Shown in pieces: positions 12,068-23,790 of a stretch of DNA of 64,000 bases. Within the stretch, counting starts at the first letter, position 1. The number at the start of each line of letters is the position of its first letter. A program made the position numbers and the translations under genes. The stretch spans positions 5,580,001 through 5,644,000 of the forward strand of contig NC_089429.1 in the NCBI RefSeq assembly GCF_026210795.1. Reading direction: 5' to 3'. The DNA is from Rhizophagus irregularis. Its lineage: Eukaryota. The notes beneath the pieces are model-generated. The model did no database searches. It had not been told where the DNA came from and worked only from the letters and a program-made list of their open reading frames with translations.

Positions 12068-14462
12068 TTAATATTTTTCTAATTCATTTATATCGATCAT
12101 ACATGAATCATTCGAGTTATTTGACCATTCTAATAACAAGTGTTTGTAATAATAAAGTGATTAATATGTGAGAGTGTTAAAATTTTATTATAAAAAAAAT
12201 AAAAAAAAAATATTAAAATTTACCTTCACTATTATATTTGGATAATTGACTTTCCAATGTGTATTCTAAAATAAAATCATCGATAATATTAATAATATTC
12301 AAAATATTTATTTTGAGAAAATAAAATAATATTATTATATACCATCATAAGAATTTCTATATGTAGAAAACAGAGCTTCTTTAAAACTAAGTTTACTAGT
12401 TAGTAATGAATCTTTCGATTGATTGATTTCATTTTCTTCTTCTTGTACTTTTGAATATTGTGACTGATCGTTAACTTCATTTTCTTCTTCTGCTTGTGAT
12501 TTTAATCGGAATTCTTCTGCTAAATCTTCCCTGGTATTCATGAGATAAAATATCATTGAACCTATTACAAAATTGATATATTCAATTGTCGGTCTTTTTT
12601 GTGGGTTCGCATCCCAACAAGATTCTATTAACTTTTTCAAATGTTCTGGAGTTCTTTCTTCAAATTTTGGTCTTAAACCTTTACAAATTTCAAAACTTAA
12701 AAAAAGTTCATCATTTCTTTCACTTGCAAACGCCATTTTTTGTGTAATTATTTCCCAATAAAGAATTCCTAAACTATAAATATCTGATTTTATAGTACGA
12801 GTTCCATCACCATTTACAATCTCAGGTGCTGTGTACGCTAATACTCCATTGATTTTTGTATCACTAGTAACCTTGTATGCAGGTATGCTAATTCCAAAAT
12901 CACTAATATATATTTCTGAAACATTTTCGTAAAATATATTTCCACTGTGAATATCACAATGTAAAAATCCTGCATCATGAATTAATTTTATTCCTTCAGA
13001 AATTTTCTGAATTAAATATAATTTCTCTAACCAGTTTGTTATTTTTTTCCTGGATAGCATATTTAATAAACTTCCTTTTTTCATATAATTTGTAACTATA
13101 ATGTAATTTTTAGTACTAGGATTTCGTGATATACCTAATACTTTAAGCGTATATGGATTATTATTAAATTGAATATTCAATCTTAACTAAAAATATAAAA
13201 AAAAAATAGTTAATAACATCTTTTATAATCAAAAAAATAATTATGATTTATTATTTTACCTCATTTAAAAAATTGTCATTAATATTAGAAGAATTATTTA
13301 ATTCCTTTAAAGCGACAAGCATATTTTTATTTCTAATATAATCGTGATCACGATAATTCCGGGAAAGGATTTGTCCATGGATCCAATTAGCACGATATAC
13401 TCTAGAAAATCCTCCACGTGCAAAATGTTCTATATTCTCAAAATCATCATAAGGAATCCACTCAATTACTTGACATGTTTTTTCAGCATTAAGTTGCGTT
13501 TTTCTAATAATATCATTGATCGTTTCATCTCCACTATCCCATTTCGAAAAGTTATCTTGAAATCGTTTTGAATGACAATATTTACACCACAAATTCTTAT
13601 CTTTAAATAGTAAATTACATTCTATACATCTACCATAGCCAAAAAATCCATAATAAGCACGATAAATAAAGCGATCAAAAAACTTAATATGGATTAATTC
13701 AAATAAGAGGGAAATATATTGTAAGGTTAGTAATGGATCTGATAAAATGAAATAAGTTAATATAGGAATAAATATTGATAAAATGAAATAAGTTAATATA
13801 GGAATAAATATATGACCCAATAAGAAGGTAATGATTTTTATAATAGGAGACAAAACAAATGTATTAAATAAGAATATTAATGCACTTATTACTGGGTTGA
13901 TTACTAGTTTTATTATATAATACCAAATATGATAAATTGTTGATTTAAATGCATTAAGAATAGGGATCGTAATAAATGATATTGGACTAAAAATAATAAT
14001 AAGTGCTTCTTTTATATAATAGTAGAAAAAAAGTAATATTTTTGAAAATAATTTTACAAATAATACGAATTTAATTACGAAGCGAATATAATAAAAAATA
14101 AAATAAAATGCTAAAAATACAAAAATTGGATATAATGGCAATTCATGTTTTAAATGATCTTCGATGTAAGTTAGATATTCAAGATTGCCTTCTTCATTTG
14201 CTGCAAAGGTTGCAAAGGTAGGTATATCATGATATACAAACAAACAACTTTTAAAATATTCGACTAAACCTTTTATTATGGTTAATTTTATAATAATATA
14301 TTTACGCCCATCATTAGGTAAAAAACATAAATTCATTAGAATTATTAGAAAGTATATAATAAAATAAGCATTACGTAAGAGGTAATGAATTTGCCATTGA
14401 AAATATTTGGATATAATATCGAAAATAATAAAATATATTGCTAATTTTTTAAATGAAACCAT
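12068..14462 (-). CDS. Tyrosine-kinase-like protein kinase with multi-TM N-terminus
   Basis: Exons 14462-13260, 13186-12343, 12265-~12224, ~12129-12068. CxxC..WCxxC pre-kinase motif, GGFSRVY, VALK, HCDIHSGN, DFG and APE are intact. The first ~270 aa are strongly hydrophobic. Confidence 0.9.
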
Positions 14463-15229
14463 TGCTTAACAGCATACCAGGGAAAAGGAGAAGCTTTATA
14501 TAAGTTCAAACTTACAATTAAAATTTTATTTTATTTAATTAGGAAATTATTTTTTGTTCATTTGTTTATTGTTTATAAAATGTTTCACGATTTATTCTCT
14601 CGCGGTTCACCAACAAAATTCGATAGTACCAGTGGAAGTTTCTAATGGCATTTTCTAAAATTAGATATTCCATTAGAAAAATTAAAATTCTTTGAAGAAA
14701 TTCTTTCTTGTAAAGAATTTATTTTTTAAGATAGAGTTCTGACTAGAAACTTCTAGGTGTGGAATTTTTAGTACATAGATAAAGTATGAAAATCTTTCAT
14801 ATGGTATGACGTTATACTCGATTTAGAAAAAAGTATAAATTGATGTACTGTACATCATGCAGTTTTTGCTATGAATTATTTCCGTACTGTACATTCATTC
14901 ATATAATACTGCTGATTGGCCAAAAATGATCAAATGAATGTCCTTTAAAGGAGGAGCGTCTCTTCGAAACAGAATTATGATCTTTAATGAAATTAATTTA
15001 AAGTGAACAACGAATCTATAATTATTTTCTATGCTTGTACCTCTCCCACTTCGTCTTACCCAGATCCCAAAAACCCCTTCCCGTTTCAAATCTTATACAA
15101 AAACATATAACACAAATTTCTTTTTTTTCTAGAATATTAAATTTCATATTACATGAAATCCATATAGGTTGAGTTTAGTGAAATCTATTGCTTTTATAAA
15201 TCTAAAAAAAAATAATTGTACTAAAAGAC

Positions 15230-15492
15230 GAAATAAATAATAATAATAATATACTCATAAAGTTAATAAAAAAAAATATGTATAAAAATAAATAAAAAAT
15301 TACATAAAAAATATTAGTGAAGATTATTAGGATGAAAAATATTAAAAATTCAGTTTTAAAAGAAAAATTGGCAAAAAAATTATCAGTTATTAGTTTTAAA
15401 AACTGAAAAAATAATATTAAAAAAGATTCGGTCTAACAAAAGAGACCGAAACAAAGATCCAGTCTAAAAAAAAGATTTTAAAATCAAACGTT
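15230..15492. repeat. Dispersed A-rich repeat family (other copies ~49990-50412 and ~51480-51733)
   Basis: Shared blocks ttaaaaattcagtttt..gttttaaaaactgaaaaaa..ggtctaaaa..gaccgaaa..aaaatcaaac. Confidence 0.6.
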
Positions 15493-15706
15493 CGAATAGC
15501 AGCTTTTTTTGTTAATTAGCAAAAAAACATATCCGATTAAAATTTTCTTTAATCGGAATTGCATTGGCGATTGGCGATGAAAATCTCTCGGACTGGTTAC
15601 GTAGCGGACTATTAAAAAGTCCCTAACCTATAAAATGAGCGTTCCTTCCCGCCATTCCATAAATATTTACTATATATTTTATTTTACTCTGTATCGTCGC
15701 TAGCCC

Positions 15707-15835
15707 AGTGAAAATTTCGCGATCACGTGATCGCGATTTAATTCATCGCGTTGGGGACTTCTTTTTTTCAAATAGATAAGTGAACATAACGCCGTAATGC
15801 GGGCAAGAGATCACATGATCGAAATATTTCACTGC
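15707..15835. mobile_element. Short MITE-like inverted repeat containing a perfect 20-bp palindrome
   Basis: CAGTGAAA..GATCACGTGATC pairs with GATCACATGATC..TTTCACTG; TCGCGATCACGTGATCGCGA at 15717-15736. Confidence 0.55.
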
Positions 15836-16065
15836 GTAGTGATGGAGATTTCTCGGCGAATATATGGTGAAAATGCCACGTGTCCGAAATATTATGATTT
15901 ATGGACGTTTAAGAAACGGAAAATTTGTAAACACACGTAATCTTTATTTATGCTTTGTCATGAAACTTACTTCTTTAATCATGAACGCTTAACTATTTGT
16001 CATTATTGATCATAACTATACATACATTTTCCATCTGGCTCCTTACGCCTTGTCTAAAAAAAAAA

Positions 16066-17502
16066 ATGTCAAAGCTCAGCGAAGATGTACTTTTTCTTAT
16101 ATCAGAAAATTTGAAAGATGATATAATATCGCTTTATTCATGTCTTTTAGTTAACACAGTGTGGTGTAGGATAATGGTTCCTAATTTATGGAAAATTCCT
16201 GGACGAATTCCTCTAACTAAAAAAGTGAATGATATATTATTTAATGTGATACTTTTACATTTATCAGAAGAGTCAAGAGATACTTTGAAGAACCAGGGAA
16301 TTAATATTATTACAGAAACATCTCAACGGCCTTTACTATTCAATTATATTAGTTTATGGAAATGGTTGAATTTAGAACTTTTATTAGAAACTATGATTAT
16401 TTCAAAAAATATTGAAAAATCCAAAATGTCCATTATAAGAAATGAAATATTGAAGTTATTTATTAACAGAAATACAAAGTTTAATTATCTTTATATTCCA
16501 AACGATTTTGATCATCAATTACTATATGATATTTCATGGGCTGAGAGTTGCTTTTCAGAACTTGAATTTTTTAATTACAATAATATGAATCAAAATATAT
16601 TAAAAGAATTAGCTAAAGTAAGCAAATCAATTAAAAAGCTCATAATTCACCTTATTGATGATGATATTTCTGGAATTGTTAGGTTAATTGAAGCTCAAAA
16701 AAATCTAAGTGAAGTTCATATTTTCTGTTATCCAGGTCTGAATTATGAATCACTTAAAACTGTCGAAAAGTCACTAATTAAAAATGCAACTTCTATTCAA
16801 AATTTAACTATGGGTTGGAAGCCTATTATTACAAAATTTCTTTTATATTTTGTAAATTTAAAGAGTTTGGTAATGAAAGATAATATAATGGAAAATTATC
16901 CAGATTGGTGCCAAATGTCTTTACCTGTTTTAAAAGCCTTAAGAACTTATTATATCCCAGCTAATTTTTTAGTAAGATTAATTGAAAGTACAAGTGGGCA
17001 TCTTACTACGATAAGTATTTTTTGTGAAGTTATTTTATATAAAGGTGCTGATACTGGAAGACTTATCCAAGCAATCTATCAAAATTGTCCAAATCTTAGA
17101 TATCTTAAAACACCGATAAAAAATTGTAATCTTCCAGAATTTAAAAGGTTATTAACTAATTGTCAAGATTTAAATGGATTAATTATTATAGATGAAAAAA
17201 GGCTTAATTATGAAGAATTATTTAATATATTAACTGAATCATCACCAAAAAGTTTATTTAAATTTAAATTTATTTTTAATAAGAAATTCGGAAATAAATT
17301 AACGTCATTAAAATCAATTTTTGATAATTGGAAAGATAGAAAACCTATATTATTACAAATCGATCTTGTGAATTGTTTTACTCAACAGGAGGAACAGGAA
17401 ATGAAAGATATAATAGAAAAATACAAAGCAAAAGAAATCATTAAAAGATTTGACCTTAATGTAGTATATGATGTTGAAGAATTTGAATGGGTCCAAGAAT
17501 AA
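16066..17502 (+). CDS. F-box / LRR (RNI-like) protein
   Basis: Single exon from MSKLSEDVLFLISENL..LYSCLLVNTVWCRIMVPNLW (F-box), LRR-like IYQNCPNLRYL and LFKFKF; typical expanded Glomeromycota family. Confidence 0.9.
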   Translation: MSKLSEDVLFLISENLKDDIISLYSCLLVNTVWCRIMVPNLWKIPGRIPLTKKVNDILFNVILLHLSEESRDTLKNQGINIITETSQRPLLFNYISLWKWLNLELLLETMIISKNIEKSKMSIIRNEILKLFINRNTKFNYLYIPNDFDHQLLYDISWAESCFSELEFFNYNNMNQNILKELAKVSKSIKKLIIHLIDDDISGIVRLIEAQKNLSEVHIFCYPGLNYESLKTVEKSLIKNATSIQNLTMGWKPIITKFLLYFVNLKSLVMKDNIMENYPDWCQMSLPVLKALRTYYIPANFLVRLIESTSGHLTTISIFCEVILYKGADTGRLIQAIYQNCPNLRYLKTPIKNCNLPEFKRLLTNCQDLNGLIIIDEKRLNYEELFNILTESSPKSLFKFKFIFNKKFGNKLTSLKSIFDNWKDRKPILLQIDLVNCFTQQEEQEMKDIIEKYKAKEIIKRFDLNVVYDVEEFEWVQE

Positions 17503-18649
17503 TCTTATTCTCAATCATAATTAATACTATATTTGTAGTAAATAGTTTCAATTGTAGTTATTTAAAGATTTTCTTTCTTAATATGAATATTACTTCTACC
17601 GTTCTAACGTTATCGTATGGTGCTTGTGTGCCTGTCAACTCTATTTTTTAAAGGCACAATTTCACAAATATGAATTAATTTTGCAATATATAACTCAAAA
17701 TTAATTAGATATATTTATGATGCAGTTTTGTTCATAAAATGAAAGTAAAAAAAAATTATTTACTGTAGCTAATTATATATCTAACGCGCGTTAGTCGTAA
17801 TCGTCAAGGAATAAATTTAATTGCAACTGTTTATTTTTTTAGTAAAAGAGGATATGATACATTTTAAACCCTATTATATTATAAAAGCACCCGTACCATA
17901 TTTATGAAACCGAATTTTGAATTAAAGAGCGCACTCGGGTAAAGAAATTTGATCACGTGCAACCAATCATTTATCTTTATGAAGTGTGTAACCTAAGATT
18001 AATATACACGCTGGCCATACTTTACAGTGGGTAGAACATCGATGCTGTACCATGTTGTCTTATATTAGTTTAATTTATATTATCAGTTATGTAATAGCAT
18101 TTATTTTAGATTAAATCATTTTAAATTTTGTTCTTTAATTTATGAAATTTCATTATTTAAAAAATACATGATTGGTTCGTGCCGTACGGTTTATTTTTAA
18201 ATAGATAAAAAATAACTAGCGCTTATTATTTTCAAATTTGCTTTTTCTGCGTCAAAATTTGATTTGTATAAGACCGAAGTAGTTCACAAGACCGTTTTTA
18301 GATGTGACCGAGATCGGAGGGAACGGATCAAGCTTATTACTAAATAAAGCCTTGAATACGAATGAAAATTTTTTGAAATTAAAGTCAGTGTAAATTAAAG
18401 TCAGTGTATAATAATACATCTAGGCTATAGCTAGGAAAATAGTAAATGAATATTCATACAAAAAAAAATACGTATTTATAAACTTAAAATTCGTATTTCT
18501 TTTCAACTTGTTGGTTGTTGCTAAAACTTAGATATACGTAGACTGTGGTCATATTTTTTTTTGACACTGATAACAATAACGTAGAAATTAATAAAACGAA
18601 ATCCAGATTGACAATTTCTTTCATGACATTATTACTACTTTTAAAAATT

Positions 18650-19220
18650 TCGTTATAATAAAATATTTAGAGTTTGGTATATCGAATTTCATTGTGGAAC
18701 ATAAAACCCTTAACCAGTTATAATCGGCTAGCCAATGTCATAACCAGTTAATTAACTAGTTAATTTAACGGTTAACTTGTGATATGGTTAACTAACATGT
18801 TTTTCAATTTATTTTATTGTAAATACTAAATATTTATATGAAATACATGTATTTATATATTTAATAGCATGTAAAAAATCTAACCGCTTAATAACTCACT
18901 AAAACTTAATTCTGGCCGGCATTAAAATTTGACCAGAATTAATGCATTACGCAAAATTTTAAATTTAAATTTCGGCCAGAATTAAGCTTCAATTTATGTA
19001 AAAAAAAATTATATTTATAATTTAAAAATATGTAAAAAAGTTATTTTCTCCGTTAAAATTTCGATATATAAATATAATGGTCTTTGTCATGTTTAGTCGG
19101 ATAAATTAACAAGTTAATTTGACTGGTTAAATTATTAATAATAAATTAATATAAAGTTTATTGTTCCACATTACAAAATTCAACGAAGATCTATCATCAT
19201 AAACTTTAATTATCACAAAC
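18650..19220. mobile_element. Degenerate foldback element upstream of the BED-Sel1 gene
   Basis: gaatttcattgtggaacataaaac..ttaaccagt (~18680-18720) is inverted against actggttaa..gtttattgttccacattacaaaattc (~19120-19180); central IR ttaattctggccg..cggccagaattaa. Confidence 0.55.
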
Positions 19221-19550
19221 AAAAATGACGTGTAACATTGTTTACAAATGAATTAATTTAAAATTTGTTTAGTTAACAAGCGGAGTTAATTAACCAATTA
19301 AATTATAAAAAATTTTACGTAAATAATCAACAAATCAATCATAAACAAGGAAATTAAATAAGATATAAAAAGAGTAAAAATTGATCTTTTCGTTTTTTTT
19401 TTTTTAGTACTTGCTATATAGTCACAAACTTTGTTACCTATTAAAATCTTTTTAATTAATTTTTAACTTGCCAATTTTTTTTATTGCCGCAGCTTAATTG
19501 CTCTTTATTTTTTGCTAGAAACAAATATTTTCTTACATATAACCTATCAA

Positions 19551-22472
19551 ATGATAAGAAAAGAGAGAAAAAAAGGACCTGTTTGGGAACATTTTAATAG
19601 CGGAAATAAAAATGATGATTCACACCCTCATGTACAATGTAAATACTGTTCGAAAGCTTTTCAAAGAGCTGTTCCTGAACGAATGCAAACACATCTTGAC
19701 AAAAAATGTCCTAAAGCACCAATTAATTCAAAATCACAATCAGTACAAAAGAATGCTACATCAATATATATAATTGACCACATTGGCCATACGAATGAAG
19801 AAATGTTAAGAAAAAAGAAACCTGTTTGGGAAAACTTTAACGTAATTGGTAAATATGATGATTCACATCCTCACGTACAATGTAAATATTGTTATAAAGA
19901 ATTTAAACGAGCTGTTCCTCAACGAATGCAAGTCCATATTGAAAATTGTCTAGAAGCGTCTAATAATGCAAAATTACAATCTAAAATACAAAATACTACG
20001 TCAACAATTGATAATATTAATGATCATATGAGTGAAGATGAGCAAAAATTTCTTGAATCTCTACTAGCTAAAGCATTATCTTCAGCCGAAATTCCTTCTT
20101 CTTTTGTTGATAATCCACTTGTTATTCAATTTTTTAAACGCCTTCAGCCATCCTTTAAGTTACCAAATGGAGAACAGATAAAAATGCAAATGAATGATAA
20201 TAGCGACCAATTAAGATCTTTAAATAATAATAATAATACATGCAATGATGAAAACTGTTATCAACTTTGGATAAGAGACGAAAAAAATGCTAATAAGGGC
20301 GATAATATTTCAATAAATGATTTTGGAAATTTTTATCAAAATGAAATAGAGACTGAAAATAATGAAACAAAAGCATTTGAATTATATAAAGAAGCGGCCG
20401 AGAAAGGACACATTAATTCTATTTCTCAACTTGGTTATTGTTATGATTATGGGATAGGAACTGAAAAAAATGAAACTAAAGCATTTGAATTTTATAAAAT
20501 GGCGGCTCAAAAAGGCCACATTAAATCAATATTTAATCTTGGAATTTATTATCAACATGGAATAGGTACCGAAAGAAATGAAATTAAAGCATTTGAATTA
20601 TATAAAGAAGCAGCTAAAAGAGGACATCTTGATTCAATACATAATCTTGGATATTGTTATCAACACGGAATAGGGACTGAAAAGGATGAAATTAAAGCAC
20701 TTGAATTATACCGAGAAGCAGCTAGTAAAGGTCATGTTAACTCAATTTTTAATCTTGGAAGTTGTTATGAAAATGGAATAGGAACCGAAAAAGACATAAT
20801 TAATGCATTTGAATTATATAAAGCAGCGGCTGAAAAGGAACATATTGCTTCAATGTTTAATCTTGGATATTGTTATCAGCATGGAATAGGGACTGAAAAA
20901 AATGAAATTAAAGCATTTGAATTATATAAAGAAGCAGCTGAAAAAGGTGATCCTAGTTCATCACATAATCTTGGATGTTGTTATTATTATGGAATAGGAA
21001 TTGAAAAAAATGTAATTAAAGCATTTGAATTTTATAATGAAGCAGCTAAAAAAGGACATATTGATTCGATTTACAATATTGGTTGGTGTTATCAAAATGG
21101 AATAGGGACTGAAAAAAATGAAACAAAAGCATTTGAATTATATAAGGAAGTGGCTGAGAGAGGACACATTAATTCAATTTTTATACTTGGTTATTGCTAT
21201 GATCATGGAATAGGAACCGAAAAAAATGAAATTAAAGCATTTGGATTTTATAATGAAGCAGCTAAAAGGGGACATATTGACTCGATATACAACCTTGGAT
21301 GGTATTATGAAAACGGAACAGGGACTGAAAAAGATGAAATTAAAGCATTTGAATTATATAAAGTAGTGGCTGAAAGAGGACACATTAATTCGATTTTTAA
21401 ACTTGGATATTGTTATGATCATGGAATAGGAACTGAAAAAAATAAAACCAAAGCATTTGAATTTTATAAAATGGCAGCTAATAAAGGCCACATTAACTCA
21501 ATTTTTAATCTTGGAATTTTTTATCAACATGGAATAGGGACTGAAAAAAATGAAATTAAGGCATTTGAATTATATAAAGTAGTGGCTGAAAGAGGACATA
21601 TTAATTCAATTTTTAAACTTGGATATTGTTATGATCATGGAATAGGAACTGAAAAAAATAAAACTAAAGCATTTGAATTTTATAAAATGGCAGCTAATAA
21701 AGGCCACGTCAGCTCAATTTTTAATCTTGGAATTTTTTATCAGCAAGGAATAGGAACTGAAAAAAATGAAATTAAAGCATTTGAATTATATAAAGAAGCG
21801 GCTAAGAAAGGTCATATCAATTCAATTTTTAATCTTGGAAGTTGTTATGAAAATGGAATAGGGACTGAAAAAAATGAAAATAAAGCATTTATATTCTACA
21901 AAGAATCATTTGAGAAAGGTGATATTATATCAATATATCAACTTGGTAATTGTTATCAACATGGAATAGGAACAAAGAAAAATGAAATTAAAGCATTTGA
22001 ATTATATAAGGAAGCAGCTAATAAAGGCCACATTAACTCAATTTTTTGTCTTGGAAATTGTTATGGAAAAGGGATAGGAACTGAAAAAAATGACACCAAA
22101 GCATTTGAATTTTATAAAATGGCGGCTCAAAAAGGTCACATTAAATCAATTTTTAATCTTGGAATTTATTATCAACATGGAATAGGTACTGAAAAAAATG
22201 AAATTAAAGCATTTGAATTATATAAAGAAGCAGCTGAAAAAGGTGACCCTAGTTCGTCACATAAACTTGGATGTTGTTATTATTATGGAATAGGAGCTGA
22301 AAAAAATGTAATTAAAGCATTTGAATTTTATAAGGAAGCGGCCGAAAAAGGTCTAGTTGATTCAATGTATAAACTTGGATATTGTTATCGGTATGGAATT
22401 GGAACTGAAATAAATGTATATAAATCATTTGAATATTACAACAAAGCGGAGAAAACAGTCCATAACATTTGA
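19551..22472 (+). CDS. Two BED zinc fingers + hAT transposase N-terminal segment + 20 Sel1-like repeats
   Basis: VWEHF..CKYC..MQTHLDKKC and VWENF..CKYC..MQVHIENC; LAKALSSAEIPSSFVDNPLVIQFFKRLQPSFKLP; 36-aa repeats LGxCYxxGIGTEKNEIKAFELYKEAAEKGH; intronless. Confidence 0.92.
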   Translation: MIRKERKKGPVWEHFNSGNKNDDSHPHVQCKYCSKAFQRAVPERMQTHLDKKCPKAPINSKSQSVQKNATSIYIIDHIGHTNEEMLRKKKPVWENFNVIGKYDDSHPHVQCKYCYKEFKRAVPQRMQVHIENCLEASNNAKLQSKIQNTTSTIDNINDHMSEDEQKFLESLLAKALSSAEIPSSFVDNPLVIQFFKRLQPSFKLPNGEQIKMQMNDNSDQLRSLNNNNNTCNDENCYQLWIRDEKNANKGDNISINDFGNFYQNEIETENNETKAFELYKEAAEKGHINSISQLGYCYDYGIGTEKNETKAFEFYKMAAQKGHIKSIFNLGIYYQHGIGTERNEIKAFELYKEAAKRGHLDSIHNLGYCYQHGIGTEKDEIKALELYREAASKGHVNSIFNLGSCYENGIGTEKDIINAFELYKAAAEKEHIASMFNLGYCYQHGIGTEKNEIKAFELYKEAAEKGDPSSSHNLGCCYYYGIGIEKNVIKAFEFYNEAAKKGHIDSIYNIGWCYQNGIGTEKNETKAFELYKEVAERGHINSIFILGYCYDHGIGTEKNEIKAFGFYNEAAKRGHIDSIYNLGWYYENGTGTEKDEIKAFELYKVVAERGHINSIFKLGYCYDHGIGTEKNKTKAFEFYKMAANKGHINSIFNLGIFYQHGIGTEKNEIKAFELYKVVAERGHINSIFKLGYCYDHGIGTEKNKTKAFEFYKMAANKGHVSSIFNLGIFYQQGIGTEKNEIKAFELYKEAAKKGHINSIFNLGSCYENGIGTEKNENKAFIFYKESFEKGDIISIYQLGNCYQHGIGTKKNEIKAFELYKEAANKGHINSIFCLGNCYGKGIGTEKNDTKAFEFYKMAAQKGHIKSIFNLGIYYQHGIGTEKNEIKAFELYKEAAEKGDPSSSHKLGCCYYYGIGAEKNVIKAFEFYKEAAEKGLVDSMYKLGYCYRYGIGTEINVYKSFEYYNKAEKTVHNI

Positions 22473-22667
22473 AAATGTTTTTCTTTTGGCTGAATAATGT
22501 ATCATCGCAATTGACTAAAAAAAAATCAATGCAAGTTTTATATATTCGCAATAATTAGCGTAAAAGTGATAAAATTTATTCGCCAAAATACGTAATAAAG
22601 ATATATTTGAGTGCTTAGCGAAATCTCTACTGTAGTTTAATTCTGCGGTAAAATATACTGTTTTGCC

Positions 22668-22907
22668 GGGGTCTAGATCATTTTATCATTTTACCGACAG
22701 TCATTTCACCGACAGTTTTGAAATCCTAATCCACTTATCCTAACCTTATCCTAACCCTAATCCTAACTTTAATTTCCTTACCTAACTCTAATCCTAAATT
22801 CCCTTGTCGGTGAGATGACTGTTGGGAAACATTTGTCTGCGAAATGATCCTGTCGGTGAAACGTCTGTCGGTGAGATAATTTATTGTCGGTGAAATGAAT
22901 GCGACCC
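22668..22907. mobile_element. MITE with an internal telomere-like (CCTAAY/CCCTAA) tract
   Basis: GGGTC..TCATTTCACCGACA arms inverted against TGTCGGTGAAATGA..GACCC; degenerate hexamers at ~22738-22800. Confidence 0.7.
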
Positions 22908-23064
22908 TTACAAAGCAGAATTTAGATTTTTTTTTTTGTTTTTATAGTAAAAATTAATTATTATAAAGTTAGTCAACATTTAAAGCTATTTGATGTTGAA
23001 ACAGCTACATAAAGATGGGTAAAAATTATATTGCGTCAAATTTCATAACATGCAGGGCGAGTAG

Positions 23065-23262
23065 TAGGGATGGTTCGGTACCTATACTATTGAAAAAATC
23101 GAGTTGAGCAGCAAATCGAAAACCGGTTCGGTTCCATAATCGGTTTTTGTCGCTTCGGTCCAGATCCGAGTCAGTATATATCAAAATTATTTGGAACCAA
23201 TGTACCAAACTGAACGGAACGAACCGACTCAAGTCGTTTAACCCGAACTTTTTCCATCCCTA
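23065..23262. mobile_element. hAT-like MITE
   Basis: TIR TAGGGATGG..CCATCCCTA; internal CGGTTC/GAACCG motifs; CATGCAGG at 23049-23056 and 23263-23270. Confidence 0.75.
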
Positions 23263-23692
23263 CATGCAGGACATCCGTCATGTTAATTCCTTACCGAGAG
23301 TAATTCATGACAAAATAAAAATAACACAATTGTGTTCGGAACTATTTTTATCTTATTCTGCACCTGCATCTTTAGATCCTCGATCTCATAACGCATTTTC
23401 TTATTTGCATTAACCCGTTCTTTATATTCCTTCACTGGTCGAAATCATTTCTTTTATCAATAAGACCTTTTGGCAATAATTTGGCAAATCGATCACATGA
23501 TTCACGGAGCTTTATCGAATTTTAGCGAATGTATCAAGTGTCTCTGCATGCGACTCGTTTATTATGAAATTTGTGTTTAATTTTGATATTGATAAATTGA
23601 ACAATTAAAAATTTTTTGATAATTATTCAATTTATTTATTGATACGGATGATGCCTATTTAAAAAGCCTATCAATGTTATATAAGAAAGTTT

Positions 23693-23790
23693 CCCTATAA
23701 AAAATTTTTTAGAAAATTAATCACATATCGGAATGAAAACTAAAAAAAAACGATCATTTATCGGAATTTTTCCCAGAAAATTTTTTATAG
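23693..23790. mobile_element. CCCTATAAAAA-type MITE
   Basis: CCCTATAAAAAA..TTTTTTATAGG termini; interior homologous to the insertion at 38556-38660. Confidence 0.7.

Noticed and set aside
15997..16065. TTG-initiated extension of the F-box ORF (likewise 19512-19550 for BED-Sel1)
   Set aside because: Eukaryotic genes; family-typical starts and the paralogs indicate ATG at 16066 and 19551
20330..22450. Regular 108-bp repeats as a CRISPR-like array
   Set aside because: They are in-frame Sel1 coding repeats without unique spacers, in a eukaryotic context
23026..23413. Short ORFs on both strands
   Set aside because: They run through a MITE and lack coding features
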